Source: Eledone cirrhosa (lineage: Eukaryota). Taken from it: a stretch of 64,000 nt of DNA. Below the pieces are notes generated by a model. The model was not told the DNA's origin. It made no database searches and saw only the letters and a list, made by a program, of their open reading frames with translations. The stretch is from contig OZ024744.1 in the NCBI GenBank assembly GCA_964016885.1, positions 84,816,001 to 84,880,000 on the forward strand, in the 5' to 3' direction. The position numbers and the translations under genes were made by a program. Every line of letters starts with the position of its first letter. Within the stretch, counting starts at the first letter, position 1. Positions 1 to 12,441 of the stretch are shown piece by piece.

Positions 1-341
1 AAAGTTTAAATAGATTTTGTTTCCAAGGCATGACAGATTTTTCGCGTAAAACTTTCCATACGAACTTATGTGTTTCATGTGAATTGTTCAAGCGTTTCTA
101 AACACGTCGTTATAACCCGTATTTAATGTGTTTAATTGTTTGACTGGTGATCCTGAAGAATAGTGTGTGTGCTTGAGTAAAATCCTTTATTTTTCTTTGT
201 TTTATTTTATTTATTTATTTTTTATTTTTTATTTTTTTCTGTCAGGCGTTGCAAATATTATCAGCAATGGAAAGGCAAATGAAAAAATCGTTGATTCAAC
301 CATAAGGATGTGAAACTAACTCCTAAACCGCAAGGTCACGT

Positions 342-1607
342 CTACATTTTGCTTATCGAGAAGGCTTCATAGGACTGTGCTATTGTATTTGAGTTTGAAC
401 TAAGAATTTGCTTTTTGATTTTGGAAATTGTTTTTAAATTTCGTTTCTTTCCTCTATGGTTAATCTCTTTGGAATGCACTTTCTCTCTGTGGGGGACAGG
501 GCGATTTATCATATCAAAAGCTCTCCTCAAAGAAAGGTTAAACTGAATATGATTATTTATTCCAGCGCATAAAAAACGATAGAAAAAATCATATCGTATT
601 TTATAAGTCCAGCTACATAGTCCAATATGTTCGTCTACTATCGATATCTTTGGGGGAGGACAATGCCCGCTTTCTAGGAAATGTAATACGTTCCTGAAAA
701 CGGCCTTGCAACGTTTTTTACCAGATTTTGAATAATGTTTGTTGTTTTGAGTCAATAATATTTTTAAATCCTCGCAATATTTCATTGCATTGTTCTGTTC
801 TGAATCGTATCCGGCTTTTTGCATACATTCGAACATTAGCGCAATGGTTTCCGCTGCACATACTGCAACGTTTACAGATTTATTGTGCAGTAGTGCTTCT
901 AAGGCAACCAGAGTTTCTACGCTTACTACTTCTGCAATTGAAGATAACGATTCGCTGGATATCATTAACGCCCACGCTGCCAGTGAATTAGTAACGAGAG
1001 TCGATGTTACATAGTTTAGGTTGCTCGTAGTTTTGTAATCTTTTTCAACTGGAATGCGAAAGAATATTTCAAAAATTTTCATAAAATATTTTATAATTGC
1101 TGAATCACAGTATGTTACAAAAGCCGAGATGGCTAAGGCTTCTACACATTTTTCTCGTACACTATTAGCAACGTTCTTATCACAAATTAAATAAACGAGA
1201 TATAGATAGTTGTCTTCAAACATTTTCCGACCACGAAAACCCAGTTGTATGAATATCAAGGCAAAAAGCTCTACAAATTTCATTTGCTCATCGTAATCTC
1301 CTTTCAGCAAAAGCGTTTTCAAAATATTTTCGAATTCATCATTGTCCATTTGAATTTCCTTAAAATAGTGTCTTGAAAGAATAATATTTAACTCTCCAAA
1401 TTGTTCAATGCGGATTGAAGAATCTTGATTTGTGATGTATTTTATTGGAATTTTCTTCAGATGTTGCAATGAATGTATTCCGTCATTAATGTTTAAATTA
1501 AATACGAAATTATTTTTAATGACATCAGATTTACCAACGGTCCACAATTTCTCTAAAGAAACCTCATCCGCTGTTCTTCGCCTTTGTAATGCCTTCATTT
1601 GGGACAT
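342..1607 (-). CDS. Interferon-related developmental regulator (IFRD1/IFRD2)-like protein, divergent, single uninterrupted ORF (421 aa)
   Basis: Long non-repetitive ORF. Segments resemble IFRD: 'REKCVEALAISAF', 'LVTNSLAAWALM', 'LLHNKSVNVAVCAAETIALMFE', 'TQNNKHYSKSGKKRCKAVFRNVLHFLE', 'SWTYKIRYDFFYRFLCAGINNHIQFNLSLRRAFDM'. Recognised from memory of the family, no search run. Confidence 0.75.
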   Translation of the reverse strand: MSQMKALQRRRTADEVSLEKLWTVGKSDVIKNNFVFNLNINDGIHSLQHLKKIPIKYITNQDSSIRIEQFGELNIILSRHYFKEIQMDNDEFENILKTLLLKGDYDEQMKFVELFALIFIQLGFRGRKMFEDNYLYLVYLICDKNVANSVREKCVEALAISAFVTYCDSAIIKYFMKIFEIFFRIPVEKDYKTTSNLNYVTSTLVTNSLAAWALMISSESLSSIAEVVSVETLVALEALLHNKSVNVAVCAAETIALMFECMQKAGYDSEQNNAMKYCEDLKILLTQNNKHYSKSGKKRCKAVFRNVLHFLESGHCPPPKISIVDEHIGLCSWTYKIRYDFFYRFLCAGINNHIQFNLSLRRAFDMINRPVPHREKVHSKEINHRGKKRNLKTISKIKKQILSSNSNTIAQSYEAFSISKM

Positions 1608-1758
1608 GTTGAAGGGATCTATTACTATTCGTATGAAAATAATCTATTTTAAATAGTCAACAATTGATAGACCCAAGTTATTGTTAATATACAATACATC
1701 AGGTTATCAATGTTTATGAGGTGTGTGTATATATATATATATACACATATGCATGCGT

Positions 1759-1796
<38 letters not shown>

Positions 1797-2182
1797 ATAT
1801 GTATGTATAGATGTGATTAAAGGACCTCTTTCATCTTATTTCATTTGGGAAATGATTAAAAAGGAATTATAGCTCAGTTACTTATATTTACATCTTCAAA
1901 ATATTGTTATAGTTTTCTTTACAGTTACGTCATAAAAGTATTGAGAGCTTTCATCATAAAGAGATATGTATTTTTTACGCGAAAAATTCATAGGGTGTCT
2001 GCGAAGGAATGATCCTAGAGCTATGAAATCTCGCATGCATTAATTTTAACTCTTCTTATTAATAACTGAATTGTTTCTTTCCAGGGACTTCTGATGAAAA
2101 ATAAACCCCATTCGGTCATTCCATGAGAGTATTTTGGTCAGCCTATGAACTTTTCAGCTTATTAAGATTTCAGCCGACCCTC

Positions 2183-2234
<52 letters not shown>

Positions 2235-2453
2235 GAGAGGTATAGAGATTGTTTTAGCGAGAAGCTAATAGTATTCTATAACATATATGCGACTATAACG
2301 TCAAGATGGGAAAAGTAGTTAACGTAAGATTTATGAAAAATAATTCAAACTCATCTCAAAAGAGAATCAGGATACAAATTCATCCACAGAATTTATTGAA
2401 ATCCAGGGAAAAAGTTTGAAACACTTATCCTTCAATTTGGAATAACATCAAAT

Positions 2454-2534
2454 GCTCTGTATAGTCTTAAAAGACTATTTCATGAAAACTTTCAGTGGAG
2501 ATGGTCACGGTTGGATTTCAATCGTCAGCAGAGC
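2454..2534 (-). ncRNA. Type I hammerhead ribozyme motif, full-size stems, in a (TA)n-flanked repeat
   Basis: Minus strand reads GCTCTG-CTGACGA-T-TGAAA...TTTCA-T-GAAA-TAGTC-ttttaa-GACTA-TA-CAGAGC. Perfect 6-bp stem I, 5-bp base of stem II, 6-bp stem III, intact core. Confidence 0.8.
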
Positions 2535-3044
2535 TCAACAGATAACCAGGGCTACCACAGTATTATAATCCGAAAAGGGAATTCTAAAACTGGCTAGTTC
2601 GCCATCATGCGTGATTATGAAAACGCACATATATATATATGAAGGTGGGCTGAAAAGTTTATAGGCTGACTATGAAGAAGTGATGCCAGATCTGGGAATT
2701 TCAAGGAGGAATTGTGTACACGCGTAATTATCCTTGTATGACATATTTGGAGAGAGATTGTGAAGGTGAAATATTCAGGAAGGAGTCAAATTGATATTGG
2801 TTTCTAATTTAGGCACAAGGCCAACAATTTTGGAGGATGGGAAAGTGGATTAAATCAACTCCAATGAATTACTGGTACTTTATTTTATAGACCCCGTAAG
2901 GATTAAAGGCAAAGCTAATCTCGACAGGATTTGAGCTCATATTGTAAAGGGCCGTAACTCTATGCCATAAAGCAAATTGTCCAACTGCTGATTGAGAAGT
3001 ATGGTGACTAACAGTCGGATGAAGGAGCTAGAGTAGACTAATAT

Positions 3045-3470
3045 GGCGCACGGTTTAGTGGTTAGTGTGTTCGGTTTATGATGGTAAAGTTGTGAGTTCA
3101 ATTCTGCGGCGGCGTATCGTGTCTTTATTTTACGTTGCTCCAGTCCACTCAGCTGGCAAAAATGAGATGTAACTGTATTTCAAAGGGCCAGGGCCAGCCA
3201 TATCGCAGAATGCGTCACACTGAATCTCCCTGAGAACTACGTTAAGGGTACATGTGTCTGTGAAATTGAAATGCTCAGCCACTTGCATGTTGATTTTCAC
3301 TTGTAAGCTGTTCAGTTGGTCGAATAACTAGAGAACTCGTCGTCGGAACCGACGGAGGTCCAACGCAGAGGGTCCTTGAATTCCCCTGAGAACTACGTTA
3401 CGTTACGAGTACGCGTGTCTGTGAAATGCTCAGCCAGTCGCTGTCGAAACTGACGCGGAGGTCCAATACA
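3045..3470 (+). mobile_element. tRNA-derived SINE, family 2 (other copies ~3780-3900 -, ~13655-13800 +, ~49995-50270 -, ~59600-59900 -)
   Basis: A/B-box-like head (ggtttagtggttag...gagttcaattc) and a shared body 'tttatttcacgttgctccagtccactcagctg' that recurs in the window. Confidence 0.6.
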
Positions 3471-4208
3471 GAGAATCCTTGAGTCAAGACTCAGAAGTCC
3501 AGAGTAACTGAAATACCTCTCTATTGAAATGCAGCAAGGAAGAATGAATTTTGTAAAGTCATATGCGTTACATTTCAGAGCGAACCTGGAATATAAAGTT
3601 GGCATGTTTGACCTAACTCGCTCTAATCGATCGACATGATCCCAGACTTCATTTGACGAGGCCACCCCACTTGCCGAATGGGGTGGACATCGTCAAATCG
3701 GACCAAGATAACAATGTTTCTATTGGTCTTTCCATCGCTGATACTATCTACCAGTCACAACTCCTAGCAGAAGGAGCAACGTAAAATAACAAATAAAGAG
3801 TCTTGCTGAAGGATACAATGCATCACCCGGTCCGAGAATTGAACTCGCAACCTCACGATTGCGAATCCAACTCTCGAACCTGTAAGCTACGCGCCTTCAC
3901 CCAGAAAGAAAAAAATCCCAAACAAACTAATTTTAGTTTGTTTTATAGAGGCGGACTCATGTTTAAATATCTCCCTCATGCTGTTTGGACCTAAATATAC
4001 AACAGACAAGAGCCGTAATCTGGTTGAGGCTGATGCCCCAGTTACTATATATTATCTGATGAGCAACTGTCTGCAGGCATTATGCATAAACATCTCTAAT
4101 TGCCTCATGAAAAATCCAAAGTATTTACCACCATATCCAAATGCAGCTCAAAGGATGTTTCAAAGTAAAAAAAAAAAATAATGACTTAATGTTTGAACAG
4201 ATGCCTGC

Positions 4209-4609
4209 CTACACACACACACACACATACATACATACATACATACATACATACATACATACATACATACATACATACGTACATACGTACATACATACAT
4301 ACATACATACATACATACATACATACATACATACATACGTACATACATACATATATACATACGTACGTATATACATACATACGTACGTATATACATAATA
4401 CATACGTACATAAATACATGTTATTAACATACGTGCGTACATACATACATACATACATACATATGTACATACATATATACAGACATATATACAGACATAC
4501 GTACATTCATACAATACATACGTACGTACGTACGTACATACTTACATACATACTTACATACATATATACATACATACACACATACGTATACACACGTACA
4601 CACATACCT

Positions 4610-4674
<65 letters not shown>

Positions 4675-4695
4675 TATGTATATATATATATATAT

Positions 4696-4730
<35 letters not shown>

Positions 4731-4735
4731 TGTGT
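4209..4735. repeat. Compound microsatellite (TACA)n/(CA)n/(TA)n/(TG)n
   Basis: Direct inspection. Many similar tracts occur throughout the window (e.g. 10495-10617, 19825-20010, 25340-25685, 31697-31935, 61965-62735). Confidence 0.95.
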
Positions 4736-5178
4736 AAAGTAAATACATTTAGCGTTAGAATAACAAAAGATAAATATTTATTTATCGCTGAGACAAGTGC
4801 AATAAATTGAGCCAGCTGCCTGAAGTTTTTACTTTAGAGTAAAAGGATGATCAAATCTTATTGACTTGTAAGGTAATGAGTAATGTGATTAGAACTAAGA
4901 CCATTATTCTCTCAAACCACTATCTATCTATTTCCTCATCTGTATACACTCACCCTCAGGGTCGCCAAGAGAAATTTTGAAAGGCGGTACAAGACCCCTT
5001 TGGAGCCCGAAGCAGCCAAATAATTTTCTCAAAATGAATGTTGCATGGTTGCTGTTGGGCCTTCTCAGCTCTTGAGCCCCGGAACAAAGTACCGGATGGA
5101 ACACCACCACCCCTTTCATAGATCCTGCTCGCCCTTCTTTCTTCGTGATTTCGTTTTCCATTGTTCCCTCTATTTATA

Positions 5179-5303
5179 CAGGGTGACCCAAAAGTCGCAA
5201 TACATAGGAACATTTTAAGTTTCCATATTTATTTATTTTGAATGAATTGTTTCTTATAAAACATAAATATTTTTTTATGTATTGCGACTTTTGGACCACC
5301 CTG
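5179..5303. mobile_element. Tc1/mariner-type MITE
   Basis: TA|CAGGGTGACCCAAAAGTCGCAATACATA ... TATGTATTGCGACTTTTGGACCACCCTG|TA: ~28-bp TIRs and TA duplication. Confidence 0.8.
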
Positions 5304-5642
5304 TATCTTTGCAATATCGTCTAGTCTATACTTTCATCTTTACATTCTGCCAGTAGTTAACTAAATACACCTTTCCGCCAGCGTGTTTAAAGTCTAAATC
5401 AGTTTCGAGCCCGGAGACTCATCAGGCCTGTGTTTATCCCGATTTTTGTGTTTAAACGACTGGGGTTACAATCCATTCAGCCTGTCAAGAGAAAAATATT
5501 TTTCTCATGACAGGCTGGATGAATTTGGGCCCAGAAACTTGAGTACCTGTTTATGTCACTGTTGTAATTATTTATACTAAACTCGTCCTATGTACTGAGT
5601 GCTCTTACTCTTGGATATTTCCACTTAAATTCAGTATATATA

Positions 5643-5890
5643 TAACGAAGGAAGTGTAGTAAGGAACCAGGTGGACCATAACACACCAGAGTAGTCGATA
5701 CTTTGGGTAGTACAGTGGGTAATTGAAAAAAGGTTCAGGATCCCGACGACAGAGCTTAAACCGTTTCGACGGATATTTCTGAACTAAATTAGATTTTTAG
5801 TCAGATTTAGTCCAGATTTAGCCAGATTTAGTCCAGAAATAGCCGTCGAAACGACTTGAGCTCTGCCGTCGGGGTCCTGAACCTTTTCTT
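5643..5890. mobile_element. Short (TA)n-flanked repeat with fold-back end (family also at ~20131-20207, ~27940-28120, ~29989-30185, ~61023-61166)
   Basis: Recurring 'ccagaaatagccgtcgaaacggcttgagctctgccgtcgggg' and 'gtaaggaaccagatggaccataacgcaccagagta'. Inverted arms at 5726-5789 and 5826-5889. Confidence 0.7.
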
Positions 5891-6227
5891 ATCTATATAT
5901 ATAACACTAAGAAAGATGCTTATATTACATAAATCGTGTCATGTAATATCAGTATATTGGCTAACATTGCCTTTCATCCTTACGGGGTCGATAAAATAAA
6001 GTACCAGTAATGAACGAAAATAATTGCTGGCCTTGTGCCAAAAGTAGAAACAATTATTTAACTTACTTTAACAATCTGTATTTGTTGTTGAACCGTTAAG
6101 GTATATACATACATATATCTGGTTGTTAGCGATGTAGAGGTAAACACACACACAAACACACACGCACACAAACTGCATGCACACACACACACACACACAT
6201 ACATATCTATCTATCTATCTATCTATC

Positions 6228-6553
6228 AGGATAAGAATGGAGAGAGAGGTGCTTGGCCACAGGCAGTTTTATGAAAGGTGGGTGATAGTGGCGAGAATGG
6301 CTCGTGTAAATGGGCCTTCTCTGTATACCATCTTGTAGGTAAAGAAGTAAAGGAGAGGGGAGCACCTTCTCCATGTGCTCCCCGGGCAAAGGATTGCACA
6401 CTTTTTCGGGGGTGTGTGCAACCCCCATCACGTCCCCTCCCTTTTGAGGTTATTTTCGATTATTTTCATGTTACACCCTTTTTACTCGATTATATGTAAA
6501 CTCCCCCTTTGTATTTGTCCCTTCTTTTTATGCCTTTATGGTAAATAAAGAAA
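6228..6553 (+). mobile_element. 3' end of a Tx1/L1-type LINE (sister subfamily of the 32.4-38.4 kb element)
   Basis: Similar to the ORF2 C-terminus (IRMEREVL...FYERWV) and the 3' UTR ending 'aataaagaaa'. Flanked by (TATC)n on both sides. Confidence 0.75.
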
Positions 6554-6575
6554 TCTATCTATCTATCTATCTATC

Positions 6576-7090
6576 ATCAAACCGCCACCCTCCTTCAAAA
6601 ACGAAGGAGAGGCGGTTTTCCTTTGTGTGATAGCTATGGCGAAAGAGGTTGTATGGTGGACAAGGTTGAAAGGGCTGAGGTCAGACACCTTTCTCTCCGG
6701 CCAACAACTGATTCTTTTTTTCAAATACCACTTTGGAAGAAGAGTCAGGATGGAGAGAGAGGTGCTGTACCCCAGCAAGTTTTATGAAAGGTGGGTGAAA
6801 GTGGCGAGAATGGCCCGAGTGAATGGGCCTTCTCTCTATATCAGCCTGTAGGTTGAGGAAAAGGAGGAGGAGAGGAAAGGAGTACAAGCTCTTCGTACTC
6901 CTGGAGATGAGGGTTGCACATTTTTTTTTCGGGGGTATGTGTTACCCATATAAACTGTCTCCCTCTATTGGGGAAAATCGACTAACTTTTAAATTCCATC
7001 TGTGATAACATTTTACACGTTTTTATTGTATGTAAACTTCCCCCTTTGTATTTGTCCCCTTCTTTTGTGCCCCTGTGTCTAATAAAGAAA
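6576..7090 (+). mobile_element. 5'-truncated copy of the Tx1/L1-type LINE
   Basis: Near-identical to 37881-38395. Flanked by (TATC)n on both sides. Confidence 0.9.
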
Positions 7091-7128
7091 TATATCTATC
7101 TATCTATCTATATATATATATATGTATG

Positions 7129-7305
7129 TTAAAGGTAAACAGAAATAACACAATCGGTATAGTATATGGAAGGAATATATTAGGTTAACGCTTGAAATAG
7201 CAGGAAGAGGGTCTTAACGTTTCGGACGCTAACCCTTCATCGGAAGAAAGAATGAGAAATTAGAAAGAATGAGGGGACGGGCAGGGCAGAATCGGAAAAA
7301 AATCT
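7129..7305 (-). mobile_element. Penelope pLTR/retrozyme-like repeat, family A (copies 9545-9759 -, 14822-15035 +)
   Basis: Three homologous copies adjoining (TA)n/(TG)n, each with a minimal hammerhead-like motif. Confidence 0.65.
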
Positions 7306-7562
7306 CTATATATATATATATACAAATAAAATTATATTTGCTAAAAGTAAACAAGATAAGAAAAAAATCTTTACCTACTTACTTTGATGTCCCGACTGCA
7401 GTTTCGCTGAGTTATAACAATATTATGACTATTGTAAGAAACTCAGCTCCTCAGAGGACTTCTCAGTCAAGGAAGAAAATTTAAGTGATAATTTCAAATG
7501 AAAGAAATATCACGTGATTAGCACGTGTACGTAGAGCTGACTAACATGTGTACATACATACA

Positions 7563-8014
7563 TGGTGGCTGCCAACTCGTTTTCGAGTACGGCCACTACT
7601 TTATATCCATGTAGGAGAACCCCTACCGATGCACTGAACGAGTGTGACTTTTTAGTCCAGCCAGCGACTTGAAAACTCTGGTACAAACACTACACTTGTG
7701 ACAATTATTGACACATAGTGCTGGGCCCATGGTACCATGTGACGACAAGTGCAGAGAGATCTCCAGATATAAAGCAATGCCTGTGCCATGAAGCTTTTAT
7801 AGTGAGCAAAGGCACTGCACAAAGCCAGTCCCACTCTCTTAACCAAGATGATATTTACCAAAAAGAAGAACAAGTCAACATCATTGGATACCATCAGGGT
7901 TGCAGGTGTTATATCAGAGTTTTCCTTCTAGAATTCTGCCTTGACAAAGGCTAAGGGGTCATCTCTCCCGGACATACATACATACATACATACATACATA
8001 CATACATACATACA

Positions 8015-8047
<33 letters not shown>

Positions 8048-8620
8048 GGTGGCTGCCGACTCGTTTTCAAGTACGGCCACTACTTTATATCCATGTAGGA
8101 GAACCCCTACCGATGCACTGAACGAGTGTGACTTTTTAGTCCAGCCAGCGACTTGAAAACTCTGGTACAAACACTACACTTGTGACAATTATTGACACAT
8201 AGTGCTGGGCCCATGGTACCATGTGACGACAAGTGCAGAGAGATCTCCTGATATAAAGCAATGCCTGTGCCGTGAAGCTTTTATAGTGAGCAAAGGCACT
8301 GCACAAAGCCAGTCCCACTCTCTTAACCAAGATGATATTTACCAAAAAGAAGAACAAGTCAACATCATTGGATACCATCAGGGTTGCAGGTGTTATATCA
8401 GAGTTTTCCTTCTCCTAGAATTCTGCCTTGTCAAAGGCTAAGGGGTCATCTCGCCCGGTGATTTTGGATGGCCATTGACTCTTAAGAGCTCCTTTGCCCT
8501 TTGACAAGTTTTGTTTTTAGTCCTGCAGGATGTCCAAAGTCACCCTCCTCACCAAGAATCCTTGGTGGGGTTGCCAATTTAGTCGCCAACGTCCCGACCA
8601 TGAGACAGGTTGTACTGGGA
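7563..8620 (-). mobile_element. Non-autonomous retroposon, partially tandem-duplicated (7563-7970 and 8047-8620), third copy at 29248-29820; possibly RTE-related
   Basis: Near-identical ~570-bp unit flanked by (TACA)n/(TA)n. The minus strand has 'aggagaaggaaaactctg', resembling RTE 5' UTR motifs. No credible ORF; strand is tentative. Confidence 0.55.
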
Positions 8621-9167
8621 TACATACACACATACATACATACATACGTACGTACATACATACATATGTATACTCACATACACATTTCTATAAACATATA
8701 CACACATACATATACACATACATATGCATATCTACATACATGTGCACACACACATACATACACATACATACACATAGATACATAGATACACACACACAAT
8801 AGGGCTGTGGTCCACTTCGATGCTTAGTAAAAAATATACCATAAAAAAGACACTAACTATCCGACAGTGTCACGCAGTGGGCCCGAAACTGAAACCACGT
8901 GGAAGTGAAATGAACTTGGTAACAGCATAGCAATGTTTTAAAATAAAATCATCTCTACTTCTATACAATTTGCCTAAGTCTCTAACTAATTTTATGACTG
9001 GTGGATATTTAAACCAGACGGTGTTTAATCTGAAGAGTTGACTAACATGTGTCTGTGCACTGCTCAGTAAATTTGCGTAACTAGCTAGAAGGCTAACCAA
9101 ATAGATAAGTCAAAATGCATCACATTTCCTGATATGTTAATAAAAAAAACAACAAAAGAAAAGAAAC

Positions 9168-9282
<115 letters not shown>

Positions 9283-9432
9283 CACACACACACACATCTA
9301 AGGAATAGACAGACAAACCTTTGTCAAGCCTTCTTAATATAGTTTCACTATCTTTTAATGAAATATTTTACGTAATTTTTGTGGAGCGGTGGGTGGATAT
9401 AGTGGTTATGGTATTGGTGTGGGAGTGCTACG

Positions 9433-9476
<44 letters not shown>

Positions 9477-9487
9477 ACATATATGTG

Positions 9488-9544
<57 letters not shown>

Positions 9545-9629
9545 AAAAGGGAAACAGAAATAACAACACAATCGGTCCAATATATGGAGGGGACATATTA
9601 GGTTAACGCTTGATATAGCAGGAAGAGGG

Positions 9630-9665
9630 TCTTAACGTTTCGGACGTTAGTCCTTCATCAGAAGA
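9630..9665 (-). ncRNA. Minimal hammerhead ribozyme motif (family A)
   Basis: Minus strand: TCTT-CTGATGA-AGGAC-taac-GTCC-GAAA-CG-TT-AAGA. Stem III is reduced to the palindrome ACGT (dimer-type). Mutated copies at 7211-7246 and 14916-14951. Confidence 0.65.
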
Positions 9666-10073
9666 AAGAATGAAAAATAAGATAGATTGAGGGGACGGGC
9701 GGGTTGGAATTGGAAAAAATGTCTTTAGATAAAAATAACAGGTCCATTCATGTTGACATGAGGGGCTCATTCTACTGACATGGCTTTAAAAATGAAACTG
9801 TTTGCATAATTGCAAACGAATCGAATATTATTATTAATATTCGAAAAACTCAGATTACATTTATTGTATTCAGCCATGTAGAGTGCAATATATATTTTTT
9901 TTAATGTCGCAAAGCCGGCCATTGAACGCTCGTATACAAGGAACTAACTGGCCAGTCTGCTGATATGCAGATCTCACTGATCAGCCAGTCTGCTAATATG
10001 CAAATGAGGCCGATCAGTCACTGTATATTTTAGAAAATAGCATGTATTTTCACTAGCTCTGAGAGTTTGGCAG

Positions 10074-10139
10074 GTGAACAGTGAGCTATACTGATGAAGG
10101 GTGATACCCAGAAACATTAGTGTCTGCAGTTCTGTTCAC
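10074..10139 (+). ncRNA. Type I hammerhead ribozyme motif with extended, bulged stem I
   Basis: GTGAACA-gt-GAGCTATA-CTGATGA-AGGGT-gat-ACCC-A-GAAA-CA-ttag-TG-TC-TGCAGTTC-TGTTCAC, with a GUC cleavage triplet. Confidence 0.8.
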
Positions 10140-10237
10140 ATGCCAACACACGAGCAATAATGAGGGGCTCATTCTACCATCATGGCTTTAAAAATGAGGC
10201 TTGTTTGCATAATTGCAAAGGAATCGAATATTATTTT

Positions 10238-10420
10238 TGAATTGGCAATATCGGTAGAGGGTCAGACATGCTTTCCAGCATAGTTACGTTCCTTTATTAT
10301 CTGAGTTCAAATCTCGGTGAGGTTTACTTTGCCTTTCATCCTTTCGGGGTCGATAAAATAAAGTACCAGTAATGCATTGGGGTAATTGCTGGCCTTGTGG
10401 CAACAGTAGAAACAATTATT
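10238..10420 (+). mobile_element. tRNA-derived SINE, family 1 (abundant; e.g. 23929-24120, 26125-26320, 41143-41535, 44619-45000, 45249-45440, 52025-52550, 53490-54020, 57025-57240, 59327-59540)
   Basis: A-box-like 'tggcagtatcggtagag', B-box 'gagttcaaatcc', conserved body 'gcctttcatccttacggggtcgataaaataaagtaccagt', (ATT)n tail. Confidence 0.85.
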
Positions 10421-10491
10421 ATTAATATTCGAAAAACTCAGATTACATTTATTGTATTCAGCCATGTAGAGCTGTAATTTAAAAAAAAATG

Positions 10492-11710
<1,219 letters not shown>

Positions 11711-12022
11711 TTATTATTATTACTATATATATAAATGTATATAGATCCCGGGTTCAATCGGGGATAACCAGAGTAAGGTTCTCAATGCAATGCAGAGTAA
11801 AAGTAATTTAATATAGAAATGGCTTCTACAGGACTAGAACTGTTTCATTCGGAGGAAATCATCAGAAATCATCCCGAAGAAGCCATTTCTATATTAAATA
11901 TATATATATATATTTCGTTTCTTATTGGCAACATGACCCTCCCAAAGTATAACAATATATATATATATATATAAATGAAAAGTATAGAATTTGTTGTAGC
12001 GAGAAGCTAACAGTATTCCATA

Positions 12023-12080
<58 letters not shown>

Positions 12081-12222
12081 TATAATTGAATATAAAAGAA
12101 AAACGAACACAGATATATACATATATGTATATGATACATATATGATATATACATATATGAGCTATTTTAGAACAGAAATATAAACCTATAAATATAAATA
12201 TATATATATGTCTATGTGTGTG

Positions 12223-12315
<93 letters not shown>

Positions 12316-12396
12316 AACTAAATAATATTTTCATTTGTTTTTATTGCTTTGTATAATTTTTCGGCGAAAGATCTTTTAGGCCATATAACTATATCT

Positions 12397-12440
<44 letters not shown>

Positions 12441-12441
<1 letters not shown>

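Larger units (their letters stand above)
9758..10471 (+). mobile_element. Retrozyme/pLTR-like partial tandem repeat (402-bp period), second unit interrupted by a SINE
   Basis: 'atgaggggctcattctac...tattcagccatgtagag' starts at 9758 and again at 10160. A hammerhead lies between the two starts. Confidence 0.7.

Noticed and set aside
2137-2700. Mariner-like terminal fragments ('gtcagcctatgaacttttcagc...cctcgta' and 'tatgaaggtgggctgaaaagtttataggctgac')
   Set aside because: They face outward and are degenerate, so no single element could be delimited.
4928-5161. 77-aa minus-strand ORF next to a short TATC tract, ending like the LINE ORF1
   Set aside because: Similarity is limited to a few bases and no domain is recognisable.
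5391-5430. CTGATGA...GAAAC on the minus strand
   Set aside because: No stem I and no UH triplet.
11805-11900. CTGATGA-TTTC-ctcc-GAAT-GAAAC...GTC on the minus strand in a small fold-back
   Set aside because: The 5' strand of stem I is missing. Probably a broken pLTR, so not counted as an intact motif.
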